Assembly (NCBI GenBank): GCA_963753345.1
Contig: CAVWBU010000027.1
Coordinates: forward strand, 224,001-288,000
Direction of reading: 5' to 3'
Source: an uncultured Fibrobacterota bacterium
GTDB taxonomy: Bacteria > Fibrobacterota > Chitinivibrionia > Chitinivibrionales > FEN-1185
Length of the DNA stretch: 64,000 nt
A program made the position numbers and the translations under genes. Positions 1 to 9,767 of this stretch are shown in pieces. Within the stretch, counting starts at the first letter, position 1; every line of letters starts with the position of its first letter. The notes beneath the pieces were generated by a model. It did no database searches. It had not been told where the DNA came from and saw only the letters and a list, made by a program, of their open reading frames with translations.

Positions 1-31
1 TCTCGATATCGACCCTTCAGATCTGCTCTCG

Positions 32-796
32 ATGAAACACCCCATTGCGTCAATGATCCACAACGGGTTGCTTGTTGCGCAAGGCAACTATAGAGACCAG
101 AATAACCTAAGGGATTTTCTCAAGTCCGAAATGGGGCTGTCTCTCGAGGAGGGGCTTGAGGATTTTCTCGACAAGCTCGGAGGTCTTGAGTCCGCGCTCG
201 ATCCGGATAAACTCCGGGAACGCATCGACAATATCGACGAACTGGAAGATTTTATTCCCACGCCGGCCAAGATCGTTCCATTTCCTTCCGAAACCGATGT
301 GCTCGAGCAGGAGGGGGATGTCTATTTCGCGGGGACATTCAAAAATGTAGGAAACGCCATTCTCAGCGTCAACTCGCTGCCGATACTGTACCAGGCAAGG
401 TTCAGGGAACAGGAAATCCAGAAAGTTCGGTGCGAGATAGAACGGCTCGTTGCCCAAATCGAAAAGAACGCACCGCCGCGCGAAGTGCCTTCTCCCGGAG
501 GTTCGAAAGTCGAAGAAAGGATCATGAAGGATTTTATCCCGAACATGCTTTATTGCCGCAAGGAAAAAAAAATCTTCAGTGCGGCGGAGAAACAGTTCCG
601 CGACTTTCTGCACGATTATAGGCGGCCCGAAGACGTGAATGCGGTGGTGGGCATCATTGCCGAGGAGCATGAACTCACCTCGCGCCACTTCAAACTGCTT
701 GAGCTGTACGCAAAAAAGATATCCCGTGTGACCGAGGAGAACTTTACCGAGGCGGAGAGACTCCAGAAGGATATTTCCGCGCTCGAAAACCAGTAA
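32..796 (+). CDS. Hypothetical protein with possible C-terminal UVR-like coiled-coil motif (true start may lie upstream)
   Basis: 254-aa ORF; C-terminus EENFTEAERLQKDISALE resembles the UvrB/UvrC interaction motif; co-oriented with the downstream kinase. Confidence 0.6.
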   Translation: MKHPIASMIHNGLLVAQGNYRDQNNLRDFLKSEMGLSLEEGLEDFLDKLGGLESALDPDKLRERIDNIDELEDFIPTPAKIVPFPSETDVLEQEGDVYFAGTFKNVGNAILSVNSLPILYQARFREQEIQKVRCEIERLVAQIEKNAPPREVPSPGGSKVEERIMKDFIPNMLYCRKEKKIFSAAEKQFRDFLHDYRRPEDVNAVVGIIAEEHELTSRHFKLLELYAKKISRVTEENFTEAERLQKDISALENQ

Positions 797-826
797 ATCA
801 ATCGCCGCACAACGGAAACCTCCGCA

Positions 827-2530
827 ATGCTTTTCGGCAGGCGCAACCAGTCGGGCAACATTCAAAGCGACATCACGCTCATGGCGCGTATCGTGGAACA
901 TACGCCCGTCGACATTCTCGTAACCGATGTGAACGGTTCGATCCTCTATGCCAACGCCTGTGCGGAACGCGATCTGAAGGTGCCCCGCAGCAAACTCAGG
1001 GGAACTCCGCTTGAATCTCTTCTGTCGGACACCAGCGCCGGTTCTTCATGGACCGAGTTGAGGGAACGTCTCGCACGCGAGCATACCTTCGATACCAGTG
1101 TCCATTTGCTCGGGCGGGACGCGTCGGAGATGACCTGCGCGCTGCAGGCTTTTTCCATCGATGACACGGTATCGGGCGGCAACGTGTTCGTGTTTCAGTT
1201 CAAAGACGTGACGGGCGAAGTCGAGTCCGTGGCGGAGATCGAACGCAAGAACATCGAAATGGCGAAAATCAACTCCGAGCTCATCCGTTCGAATGCGGAG
1301 CTCAAACGCGTGAGCGAGCTCAAGTCAAATTTCCTGAGCATTGCGTCGCATGAGCTCAAGACACCGCTCACCTCGATCAAGGGTTATTCCGACATCATTA
1401 TCGACACCATGAAGGGCAAGCTTGAGAGCAGCGTGTTCCGGATGATTGAGAGCATCAACCGGGCCGCAGACAGGCTGCACCGCGTGGTGAACAACATCCT
1501 TGACGTCACGCGCATCGAGCAGAAGCGTCTCAGACTCAAGCCTGAGGCCATGAACCTCGCGGCCGTGGCGTGTGAATGCATCGAGGAACTCTCCCAATTC
1601 TCGTCAAAACGGAACATTCGGTTTGAATGCGTCGCGGCGGACAACCTGCCCTTGTTTATGGGCGATACCATGCGCATGCAGCAGGTGTTCACCAACCTGT
1701 TCTCCAACGCCATCAAATTCTCTCCCGATAATTCCGCGGTGCAGGTGCGCATTGAGTTGCACGCTCCATCGGAATTCCACATCGTGGTGAAGGACCAGGG
1801 CATCGGCATCGACAAGCTGGAGCAGAAGAAGGTGTTCGATCCGTTCTACGAAATCGCCAGCGCCACTCGGCACAGCACCGATGCGTCAAAATTCATGGGG
1901 GGAGGCACGGGACTCGGCTTGTCTATTGTCAAGGGCATCGTGGAGCGCCACGGGGGGAGGATATGGATCGAAAGCGACGGGCCGTCTACGACCGTCAAGT
2001 TCCCCGGGAGCGAGTTCCACGTTGTCCTTCCCGTCAAGGCCAAAATCGAGTGGGACGACGATGAAACCAAGACGATCAGGCTTGCCGATTTGCAGGAAGC
2101 GAAGATAAGGGAACATGATGCCGCCGCCGACAACGTGGACAAAAAACCCGTGATCCTCCTCATCGACAGCGATCATGAGACCATTGAAATTTCGAAGATG
2201 GTTCTGGAAAGCGCATTTGACATTCTGGTGGCGGAGACCGGCGAGATCGGACTTGCCATGGCCTTCAACCACGAGCCGTCGGTTATTCTTGTCGATTCGT
2301 TCCTTCCCGGAATAGACGGCTATCGCGTATGCCGGATTCTCCGCAGCCAGGACGAGACCAAGAACATTCCCATCGCATTTTTCTCCGCCGGATCGCAAAG
2401 CAGCGAGATCCAGAAATGCTTTGCCTCTGGCGCGGATGACTTCATTGTCAAGCCCTTCGCGGGGAAGGAGCTGGTTGACAAGATCTGGCGGCTTCTCATG
2501 AAAAAGAAAGAGCAGGAGAACTTCAAGTAG
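827..2530 (+). CDS. PAS-domain hybrid sensor histidine kinase with C-terminal receiver domain
   Basis: PAS-like N-terminus; H-box ASHELKTPLTSI; N-box NLFSNAIKF; G boxes DQGIGI and GTGLGLSI; REC ending GADDFIVKPF. Confidence 0.95.
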   Translation: MLFGRRNQSGNIQSDITLMARIVEHTPVDILVTDVNGSILYANACAERDLKVPRSKLRGTPLESLLSDTSAGSSWTELRERLAREHTFDTSVHLLGRDASEMTCALQAFSIDDTVSGGNVFVFQFKDVTGEVESVAEIERKNIEMAKINSELIRSNAELKRVSELKSNFLSIASHELKTPLTSIKGYSDIIIDTMKGKLESSVFRMIESINRAADRLHRVVNNILDVTRIEQKRLRLKPEAMNLAAVACECIEELSQFSSKRNIRFECVAADNLPLFMGDTMRMQQVFTNLFSNAIKFSPDNSAVQVRIELHAPSEFHIVVKDQGIGIDKLEQKKVFDPFYEIASATRHSTDASKFMGGGTGLGLSIVKGIVERHGGRIWIESDGPSTTVKFPGSEFHVVLPVKAKIEWDDDETKTIRLADLQEAKIREHDAAADNVDKKPVILLIDSDHETIEISKMVLESAFDILVAETGEIGLAMAFNHEPSVILVDSFLPGIDGYRVCRILRSQDETKNIPIAFFSAGSQSSEIQKCFASGADDFIVKPFAGKELVDKIWRLLMKKKEQENFK

Positions 2531-2545
2531 CAGACCTTCCGAAGA

Positions 2546-2589
2546 AAACAAAGGAGGAACCGGCAGCTCTGCCCGTTCCTCCTTTGTTT
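2546..2589. terminator. Probable bidirectional intrinsic terminator
   Basis: Inverted repeat AAACAAAGGAGGAAC..GTTCCTCCTTTGTTT between convergent genes. Confidence 0.7.
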
Positions 2590-2608
2590 CTCCGTTCGCA
2601 ATCAGCAA

Positions 2609-3058
2609 TTACTTGGTTTGGCGTTCAACCGTTTCCCGGTCGACGTTTTCACGAAGTGCGTCGGCAAACGAGCGGTCCAGCTTGATCGGGTCGGCATTCG
2701 GATTGTCGGCGTCTATGATGTAAACCGGCGTCGGGTTATCGAGATACCCGATGACTTCCGCGTCGTCGAACACGAAGGTCTTGCTCTTGCCCGTCGTCAC
2801 CACCATGCGCTTTTCGACCCACCCGGTTTCGCCGTCCGCTTTCTGGATTTTGTAGTGGTTTCTGGCGGTGGAAAGAATGAGGAGACGGTCATTCGTGCCG
2901 ACCGTGAACAGCGGCTTTTCGTACAACTCACGGATTTCGTTCTTGAACACGCCGACATCGTTTGCAGTGGGGGTGACATACTTCTCGGCATTCTTCTGCG
3001 CGAACGCAATGCCGACCGCCATTGTCAGGACAATCAGGACCACGGATTTTAATCGCAT
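2609..3058 (-). CDS. Secreted SH3b-like domain protein
   Basis: ATG at 3058 with AAGGAG RBS; signal peptide MRLKSVVLIVLTMAVGIAFA; SH3b-like HYKIQKADGETGWV. Confidence 0.7.
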   Translation of the reverse strand: MRLKSVVLIVLTMAVGIAFAQKNAEKYVTPTANDVGVFKNEIRELYEKPLFTVGTNDRLLILSTARNHYKIQKADGETGWVEKRMVVTTGKSKTFVFDDAEVIGYLDNPTPVYIIDADNPNADPIKLDRSFADALRENVDRETVERQTK

Positions 3059-3207
3059 AACATTCTCCTTGCTGCTTCGATTGTAAAGAACCCTATCAAT
3101 GGTAATTATAATTCTTTTTTTAAACAGAAGCAAGCGGTAAAAACGAAACGAACACGCCGAATAGCCTCCTTTTCCGCCCAAAAAAAATCGGCAAAATACC
3201 GGCATCA

Positions 3208-4668
3208 TCACTCCCCGCCTTCTGCAAAAGCGAAATCCATGTCGCGAGCCGCCTTGACCTCGTCAAGCCTGCCCACCGGCGTGGAAAGGGGAGCGTCGTG
3301 CAGCAGCGCCGGCTTGTCGCGTGCCTCGACCGCGATGGTTTCCATGGCCGCGATGAACGCGTCCATTGTTTCCTTGCTTTCGGTCTCGGTCGGCTCTATC
3401 ATGAGCGCTTCCTTGACAATGAGCGGGAAGTACACCGTGGGCGGATGAAAACCCATGTCGATAAGCCGCTTCGCTATGTCAAGCGCGCTCACGCCGTTTT
3501 TCGCCTGTCTCGCGGCCGAGATCACGCATTCGTGCATGCAGGCGCGGTCGTAGGGCACATCGAACGATTGTTTGAGACGATTCATGACGTAATTGGCGTT
3601 GAGAACGGCGTTCTCGCTCACTTCGGAAAGCCCGTTGCCGCCCAGCAGCAGGATGTATGCGTATGCCTTGAGACACACGCTGAAATTGCCGTAGAACGGT
3701 GCGATATAACCTATTGATTTCGGGTAATTGTAATTGAGCGAATAGGTGTTGTCGGACCGCTTTACCACGCGGGAAACAGGAAGGAATTCCTCAAGTTTCT
3801 TTTTGACGCCCACCGGCCCGGCACCCGGCCCGCCTCCGCCGTGCGGCGTGCCGAATGTCTTGTGGAGGTTGATGTGCATAACGTCGAAGTCCGCGTCACC
3901 CGGCCTGAACCTGCCCAGAATGGCGTTCAGATTCGCGCCGTCGTAGTAGAGCAGAGCGTCGTGCCGGTGCGCACATTCGGCGATTTTTCCTATTTGTGCA
4001 TTGAAAATCCCTAGCGTATTCGGGTTCGTCATCATGATGGCGGCGGTCTGCGGCCCCACCATCGCCTCAAGCGTGGCACAATCGATGACCCCGGTTTCCG
4101 GGTTCGTGGGCACGGGCCGCACGCGGTACCCTGCAATGGCGGCGCTGGAAGGGTTGGTGCCGTGCGCTTCGTCGGGAATCAGCACTTCGTTCTTCCTGTT
4201 GCCTCTGTCTCTGTGGTACGCCGCCACCAGCATCATGCCGGTGAGTTCGCCGTGCGCGCCCGCCATGGGCTGCAGGGTAAAAGCGTCCATGCCCGATATC
4301 TCGCACAGGAAGTGTTCCAGTTCGTAAAGAACGGCGAGGGCGCCCTGGGTGAGCATGCCGCCGCGCCGGAGCTGGGGGAGCAGGGGATGGAGACCGGCAA
4401 AACCCTCGAGCTGTGCAATCTTTTCGCACACCTTCGGGTTGTATTTCATGGTGCACGAACCGAGAGGATAGAAATTGGTGTCCACGCCGAAGTTACAGCG
4501 CGACAAGGCGGTGAAATGCCTCACCACATCGAGCTCCGAAAGCTCGCACAGCTCCGCGTCGTGTGCGCGCCGGTAGGCGGCATCGATGCTCGTGTTCGTC
4601 GGCACGTCGGGAGCAGGCAGCGAAACGCCTTTTCTGTCCTTTACCGATTTGCTGAAGATTATTTCCAT
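3208..4668 (-). CDS. gcvPB: Glycine dehydrogenase (decarboxylating) subunit 2
   Basis: YPLGSCTMKYNP; PLP-lysine motif HINLHKTFGTPHGGGGPG; operon context. Confidence 0.97.
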   Translation of the reverse strand: MEIIFSKSVKDRKGVSLPAPDVPTNTSIDAAYRRAHDAELCELSELDVVRHFTALSRCNFGVDTNFYPLGSCTMKYNPKVCEKIAQLEGFAGLHPLLPQLRRGGMLTQGALAVLYELEHFLCEISGMDAFTLQPMAGAHGELTGMMLVAAYHRDRGNRKNEVLIPDEAHGTNPSSAAIAGYRVRPVPTNPETGVIDCATLEAMVGPQTAAIMMTNPNTLGIFNAQIGKIAECAHRHDALLYYDGANLNAILGRFRPGDADFDVMHINLHKTFGTPHGGGGPGAGPVGVKKKLEEFLPVSRVVKRSDNTYSLNYNYPKSIGYIAPFYGNFSVCLKAYAYILLLGGNGLSEVSENAVLNANYVMNRLKQSFDVPYDRACMHECVISAARQAKNGVSALDIAKRLIDMGFHPPTVYFPLIVKEALMIEPTETESKETMDAFIAAMETIAVEARDKPALLHDAPLSTPVGRLDEVKAARDMDFAFAEGGE

Positions 4669-4732
4669 GCTTTGTCCCGCGCTTCTATTTCGTATAGTCG
4701 TGATTCTCGGAGCAATGGTTCACCTCGCGCTA

Positions 4733-6076
4733 TTATCTTTTGTGCTTGAGCACGTGTTCAAGCGTTTCGGCAAAGGACCCGATTTCGTATTTGGTGCGTC
4801 TCTCCGTGACGGCAACAAGCAGGTAATTGTCCATGTCGGGGTAGTACCGTCCAAGCGGGAACCCCGGCGCGAACCCCAGTTCTATCATCCCGCCTGCAAC
4901 TTCGGCCGCATCAACGGGAAGGCGAACCGTAAACTCGTTGAAGGTCGGGCTCGATTCCATCACCTTCACGCCGGGAACGGCTTTGAGCCTTTCCTTTGCA
5001 TAATGGGCCTTGTTGAAACACAGCGACGCCACGTCCTTGAGACCCTGTTTTCCGAGAAGGCTCAGGTAGGCGTGCGCCCGGAGCGCGCACAGGGCCTCGT
5101 TGGTGCAGATGTTGGAGGTAGCCTTTTCACGCCGGATGTGCTGCTCGCGCGCCTGCAGCGTGAGAACAAACCCCTGTCTTCCCTTGTTGTCAACCGTGCG
5201 GCCCACCAGCCGGCCGGGCATCTTGCGCACGAGTTTTTTTGACGTCGCCATGAACCCGAGGTACGGGCCGCCGAACGAAAGCGGAAGCCCGAGAGACTGC
5301 CCCTCGCCCGTCGCGATGTCCGCGCCCATTTCGCCGGGAGATTTGAGCAACGCGAGCGCGATCGGATAAACCGATTGGATGACAAGAATGCCCATCGAAT
5401 GACACCGCTCCACCATATCGCTGTGGTCGTCGATGACGCCGAAAAAATTCGGGTTCTGGAGGACGACCGCCGCGGTCCTAGCGTCCAGCGCGTCGAACAC
5501 TTTGTTTCTGTCGCTCTGGCCGTGGGAAACGGGGACCTCGTGGAAGTCAATTGACAGGTTGGCGGTGTAGCAGTACAGCATCCTGCGGTAAATCGGGTTG
5601 ACGCCGCCGTCCACGATTATCCGGGGACGTTCCGTTGCGCGGATTGCCATCTGGCAGGCCTCGTACAGGGCGGTGCCGCCGTCGTAGAGCGACGCGTTCG
5701 ACACTTCCATGCCGGTGAGGCGGCAGATGTCCGATTGATACTCGTAAATAGCCTGGAGCGTCCCCTGCGAAAGCTCGGGCTGATACGGGGTGTAGGCCGT
5801 GTAAAACTCGCTGCGTCCGGCGATGGCGTCCACCGCCGCGGGAATGAAGTGGTCGTAGAAACCGCCGCCGATAAAGTTGATAAGATGCGAATAGTTCTGT
5901 GCCGCGAGTCCGGTCAGGGTCGACAGGACTTCCTGTTCGGACTTTCCGGCAGGCAGAGAGCTTGCGGGCGCCCGCAGCTCAGCCGGAATGTCGGCGAACA
6001 GCGAATCCACCGCGGGCACGCCGCACGCCGCGAGCATTTCCCTGCGCTGGGCTTCGGTGGTGGGTACATAACTCAT
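4733..6076 (-). CDS. gcvPA: Glycine dehydrogenase (decarboxylating) subunit 1
   Basis: Start MSYVPTT at 6076; FYTAYTPYQPELSQG; REQHIRREKATSNICTN. Confidence 0.97.
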   Translation of the reverse strand: MSYVPTTEAQRREMLAACGVPAVDSLFADIPAELRAPASSLPAGKSEQEVLSTLTGLAAQNYSHLINFIGGGFYDHFIPAAVDAIAGRSEFYTAYTPYQPELSQGTLQAIYEYQSDICRLTGMEVSNASLYDGGTALYEACQMAIRATERPRIIVDGGVNPIYRRMLYCYTANLSIDFHEVPVSHGQSDRNKVFDALDARTAAVVLQNPNFFGVIDDHSDMVERCHSMGILVIQSVYPIALALLKSPGEMGADIATGEGQSLGLPLSFGGPYLGFMATSKKLVRKMPGRLVGRTVDNKGRQGFVLTLQAREQHIRREKATSNICTNEALCALRAHAYLSLLGKQGLKDVASLCFNKAHYAKERLKAVPGVKVMESSPTFNEFTVRLPVDAAEVAGGMIELGFAPGFPLGRYYPDMDNYLLVAVTERRTKYEIGSFAETLEHVLKHKR

Positions 6077-6468
6077 TTTTCGGACTCCGCGAACGTTTCG
6101 TAGGCTGCACCGTCCATGAGGTCGGCGAGGTCCGAATCGCCAAAGCCCCGTATCTTGAACAGCCACGCGGAATGATACGGATCCTTGTTGATCTGTTCCG
6201 GCTTTGTATCCAGCGCAGAATTGACTTCGGCTATCTCTCCGGAAACAGGGGCATAGATGTCGCTTGCAGCCTTCACCGATTCGATGACCGAGCAGCTTTG
6301 CCCTTTGATGACCTTCTTCCCGATTGCGGGCAATTCGATAAAGGTGATGTCGCCAAGCGCTTTCTGGGCATGGTCCGATATGCCGACTATCGCGGCACCC
6401 GCGTCGATCTTCACCCATTCATGGGTCCTGGAATATTTTCTGTCTCCTGGTGTGCCCGCTGCAGGCAT
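6073..6468 (-). CDS. gcvH: Glycine cleavage system H protein
   Basis: YSRTHEW; lipoyl motif IESVKAASDIYAPVSG; AGGAGG RBS. Confidence 0.97.
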   Translation of the reverse strand: MPAAGTPGDRKYSRTHEWVKIDAGAAIVGISDHAQKALGDITFIELPAIGKKVIKGQSCSVIESVKAASDIYAPVSGEIAEVNSALDTKPEQINKDPYHSAWLFKIRGFGDSDLADLMDGAAYETFAESEK

Positions 6469-6497
6469 GAGTATCCTCCTTCGATTGAGGTGCAAAA

Positions 6498-7595
6498 TCA
6501 AGATAGAAAATCGCGCATCGGCCGTCGTGCCGTTGCCGATTTGTAAAACGGCATTTCGGTGATTATGCCGGGCAATGTGTTTTTGCCTGCAACAAGCGCA
6601 ACACGATTGCCCGCAGAGGCGTGCGAAACGGGACAATATCCCATGGCGATCGCGCATTCGAGAGAAGGGGAGAAACTCGCGCTGGTGACCCTGCCGATTG
6701 CATTGCCGTTTTCATCGGCCATGACGTCGCCGTTACGGGCCGTGCGCCTGCCGTCAAGTTTTATTCCGCAGAGCGCGTTGCGGGAATTCCGGACATCGCA
6801 CACCGCGTCCGAACCTATAAACCGCTTGTCGGATGCAATTGCCCTGGCAAAACCGGATTCCGCGGCATTGTGGTCGCGGTCGAGTTCGTGCCCGTACAGC
6901 GGGTAACCCATTTCGAGCCTGAGCGTGTCGCGCGCTCCCAGCCCCGCGGGTTTTGCTCCACAATCGAGGCAGTCATCCCAGAATTCGACGGTCCGCTGTT
7001 CGTCAAGATATACCTCAAACCCTATTTCTCCGGTGTAGCCTGTGCGGCTCACCAGCATGCGCCTGCCGTTGTACTCATTGTTCATCCAATGGTAATATTT
7101 CAAGCCATCGATCGGGTCCTTCAAGAGCCTTGCAATTATTTTTGGCGACGTTGGACCCTGAAGATCGATCTTCCCGGTCTCCGCAGAAAGATCGACAAGC
7201 GATGAACCGGATGAGACGTTTTGCCTTATCCATTCAAAATCAGCATCTTGCGTTGAGGCGTTGACCACCATGAAGAAATCTTGTTCGCCGAGCCTGTAGG
7301 TGATCTGATCGTCTTGCACTCCACCGCTCTCGTTGCAGATAAACCCGTATCTGCATTGACCGATGGGAAGCGTTCCGATGTCGCAGGAAACAATCCTGTC
7401 GAGGTCTGCGGCGGAAGATGGTCCCTTGACGGAGAATTCGCCCATGTGGCATGTGTCAAAAACAGCGGCTTCATTACGTGTGCAGAAATGTTCCGCAAGG
7501 ATGCCCTCATACTGAATGGGCATGTCAAACCCGCCGAACGGAGCCATGGAAGCCGAAAGGGAAAGATGTGATTTGTGAAGAAAGGTTTTTTTCAT
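6498..7595 (-). CDS. gcvT: Glycine cleavage system aminomethyltransferase T
   Basis: FDTCHMG; SRTGYTGEIGFE; GLGARDTLRLEMGYPLYGHE. Confidence 0.97.
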   Translation of the reverse strand: MKKTFLHKSHLSLSASMAPFGGFDMPIQYEGILAEHFCTRNEAAVFDTCHMGEFSVKGPSSAADLDRIVSCDIGTLPIGQCRYGFICNESGGVQDDQITYRLGEQDFFMVVNASTQDADFEWIRQNVSSGSSLVDLSAETGKIDLQGPTSPKIIARLLKDPIDGLKYYHWMNNEYNGRRMLVSRTGYTGEIGFEVYLDEQRTVEFWDDCLDCGAKPAGLGARDTLRLEMGYPLYGHELDRDHNAAESGFARAIASDKRFIGSDAVCDVRNSRNALCGIKLDGRRTARNGDVMADENGNAIGRVTSASFSPSLECAIAMGYCPVSHASAGNRVALVAGKNTLPGIITEMPFYKSATARRPMRDFLS

Positions 7596-7695
7596 GGATG
7601 CACGAGGCTGCCTGCCGAGCCGTAAAAAATACATCGGAACACCGATGCGGCAAAGGAAAGAAGATCGTCAATACCGGCAATCAGGTGCCGCCACC

Positions 7696-9513
7696 TTAGT
7701 CGTAGATCCCGAGGAGCCTTATTTCGTTCACGTCGGTTATTCCCTTGCCCCGGGCCCAGGCGCAGGCAAGCCGGAGCGGCTGTGCAGCAGGCATGATGAT
7801 TTCGCCGGATCGGAAAGAGCTCACCCCGTTTGGCGTTTGTTCCAGGAAACGGAAATCGAGCGGGTTTTCGACGAGCCGCACCACCGTATTCTGCCGGCTT
7901 TCTCCTAAATAGCAATCACGGGCCGTCAGCCGGAGCGCGGCGTCGTTCTCCAAGGCAAGCTCTCCCGAAATTTTTATTGGCAACCCATGGCTCAGGATTT
8001 TGATACTGTCGATCCGGTACGCCGAGGCCTCTTTCCACAGAAAGACAACCGTCCAAACAATCGACGTAATCGCCGGTGTGCGGCAGGAATAGACGAACTT
8101 GTTTCCATCAACTTTTGGCCGATGAATGCCCATGGTCTCTGGTTGGGTGATGGGGCATATTCTTTCGCCATTTGCATATAGCGCGAGGCCGACCACATTG
8201 TCAAGTTCGAACCTGCCGAAAGGATGGGCGATTCCGGAACAGCCTCTGTTGAGCACGAAAAACCGTGAAGGGGAAACGGCATTTCCCGCAAAATATGAAT
8301 GTGCAGCATTGCCCGCACTCCACTCAAAATTTGCCACACGGGAAACGCCATCCGCAACGTCTGAGGTGTCAATTCCTTCCGTCTTCTGAGCAAAGACCCA
8401 CGCGCACCACAGGTACCCGAGCGCGGTCCCAAACAGGTACGGTTCGAGGCGATAAAGACTCTTTCTGCATACGATAAAGAAGGCATGTGCAGAGCGTTTT
8501 GTCATTTTCATGGCCGATTCGTCACACCAGCCGGCATTCAACATTGCTTCCAGAAGAAAGCAATCCATGGCGGCCGCGGCAACGTCGTGTGAAAAAACAT
8601 CGGTTGCCTTATCGTTCTGAACGCAGAAGCAAAGCAGCCGACAGACTTCTCTTCCGGCGCTGCGAAATTGGTGCGTACCGGGATTTTTCCCGCTCATTAC
8701 CTCGATCACGGCACCATGGGCAAGCCGGAAAAGGGACGAGAATGCATTGTCGTGAATATCAAGAATGGCCGGGTGCGGCATTGTGGTGGTTTCCGGGGCG
8801 CCGGAAATCATGGCGAGAAAGCGGAGACAATCCACAATGGTGCATTCGGTCAAGCATACCTTTCCTTGAACGAAAGACGCCGGAAGCGCCGAAAATGATT
8901 GGTTCTTCTCTTTTTGAAGGTCCTGAATCAGGTATTTGTAGGCGGTTGAGTCCATGCGGAGGAGCGCTGAGCGATACACAATCGACTTTGCGATGGCCTC
9001 GGCTTTTTCTCTGCCTGAAAGCCAGGCAACGATTTCAAGCGAGAATGGAACTGCGGTTCCAGCGCCGCGGCTCGTAATAATGTTTCCGTCGGCCACAACA
9101 TTGTCTTCGACAAAAATGGCGCCCCCCAGTTTGTCTTCTTCTCCGGGAAAGCATGTTGCCCGTTTATTTGCGAGAATGCCGGCTTTGCCGAACACCAGGG
9201 GCGCGGCGCAGATGGCGGTGCACAGCTTGCCGGCTAAAAACATCTTCTTGACAAACTCAAGAACGACGGCAGATTGCAAAAGGGCCTTGTGTCCGGGGCC
9301 GCCCGGCAGCACCAGCGCGTCGGGAAGGGAAGAAACCTGGCCAACAAGCAGGGTGTCGGCTCGGACCATTATCCCGTGCGAGCCGCGGACTTCAAGCGTG
9401 GACAGCCCGGCAACGGTCACCGTGATGCCGGCCCGTCTGAGAAGGTCAATGGGGGTAACGGCCTCAATCTCTTCGAAACCCTCTGAAAGAACGATCAAAG
9501 CCGTCTTTTCCAT
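7696..9513 (-). CDS. DJ-1/PfpI (YajL/ThiJ-like) domain followed by ~420 aa of unknown sequence
   Basis: GFEEIEA, LVLPGG, AICAAP, ITSRGAGTA in the first ~180 aa; remainder unrecognised. Confidence 0.8.
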   Translation of the reverse strand: MEKTALIVLSEGFEEIEAVTPIDLLRRAGITVTVAGLSTLEVRGSHGIMVRADTLLVGQVSSLPDALVLPGGPGHKALLQSAVVLEFVKKMFLAGKLCTAICAAPLVFGKAGILANKRATCFPGEEDKLGGAIFVEDNVVADGNIITSRGAGTAVPFSLEIVAWLSGREKAEAIAKSIVYRSALLRMDSTAYKYLIQDLQKEKNQSFSALPASFVQGKVCLTECTIVDCLRFLAMISGAPETTTMPHPAILDIHDNAFSSLFRLAHGAVIEVMSGKNPGTHQFRSAGREVCRLLCFCVQNDKATDVFSHDVAAAAMDCFLLEAMLNAGWCDESAMKMTKRSAHAFFIVCRKSLYRLEPYLFGTALGYLWCAWVFAQKTEGIDTSDVADGVSRVANFEWSAGNAAHSYFAGNAVSPSRFFVLNRGCSGIAHPFGRFELDNVVGLALYANGERICPITQPETMGIHRPKVDGNKFVYSCRTPAITSIVWTVVFLWKEASAYRIDSIKILSHGLPIKISGELALENDAALRLTARDCYLGESRQNTVVRLVENPLDFRFLEQTPNGVSSFRSGEIIMPAAQPLRLACAWARGKGITDVNEIRLLGIYD

Positions 9514-9767
9514 GGACGGAACCTCCCCGCCGGTCCGCGATCACCGTTGTCGTGTTCTGAAGAAAGATATATTGTGATCCGGCAATATGTCAGAATCTTG
9601 CTTATATTGTATATGGTGGTCGCTTATCCTTGCTTTTTAACAAAAAATCTACATATTTTACGAATAGGGGACTGGACGTTCTATTGGCAGCTTTTCACAA
9701 GGTGGTTCCGCGTCACGCGGAAACGTGAAAGGTCGCGATCTATTTGAAAATCAACCAGGAGTCACCA

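Noticed and set aside
7596-7695. Glycine riboswitch upstream of gcvT
   Set aside because: The gap is short and lacks recognisable aptamer motifs.
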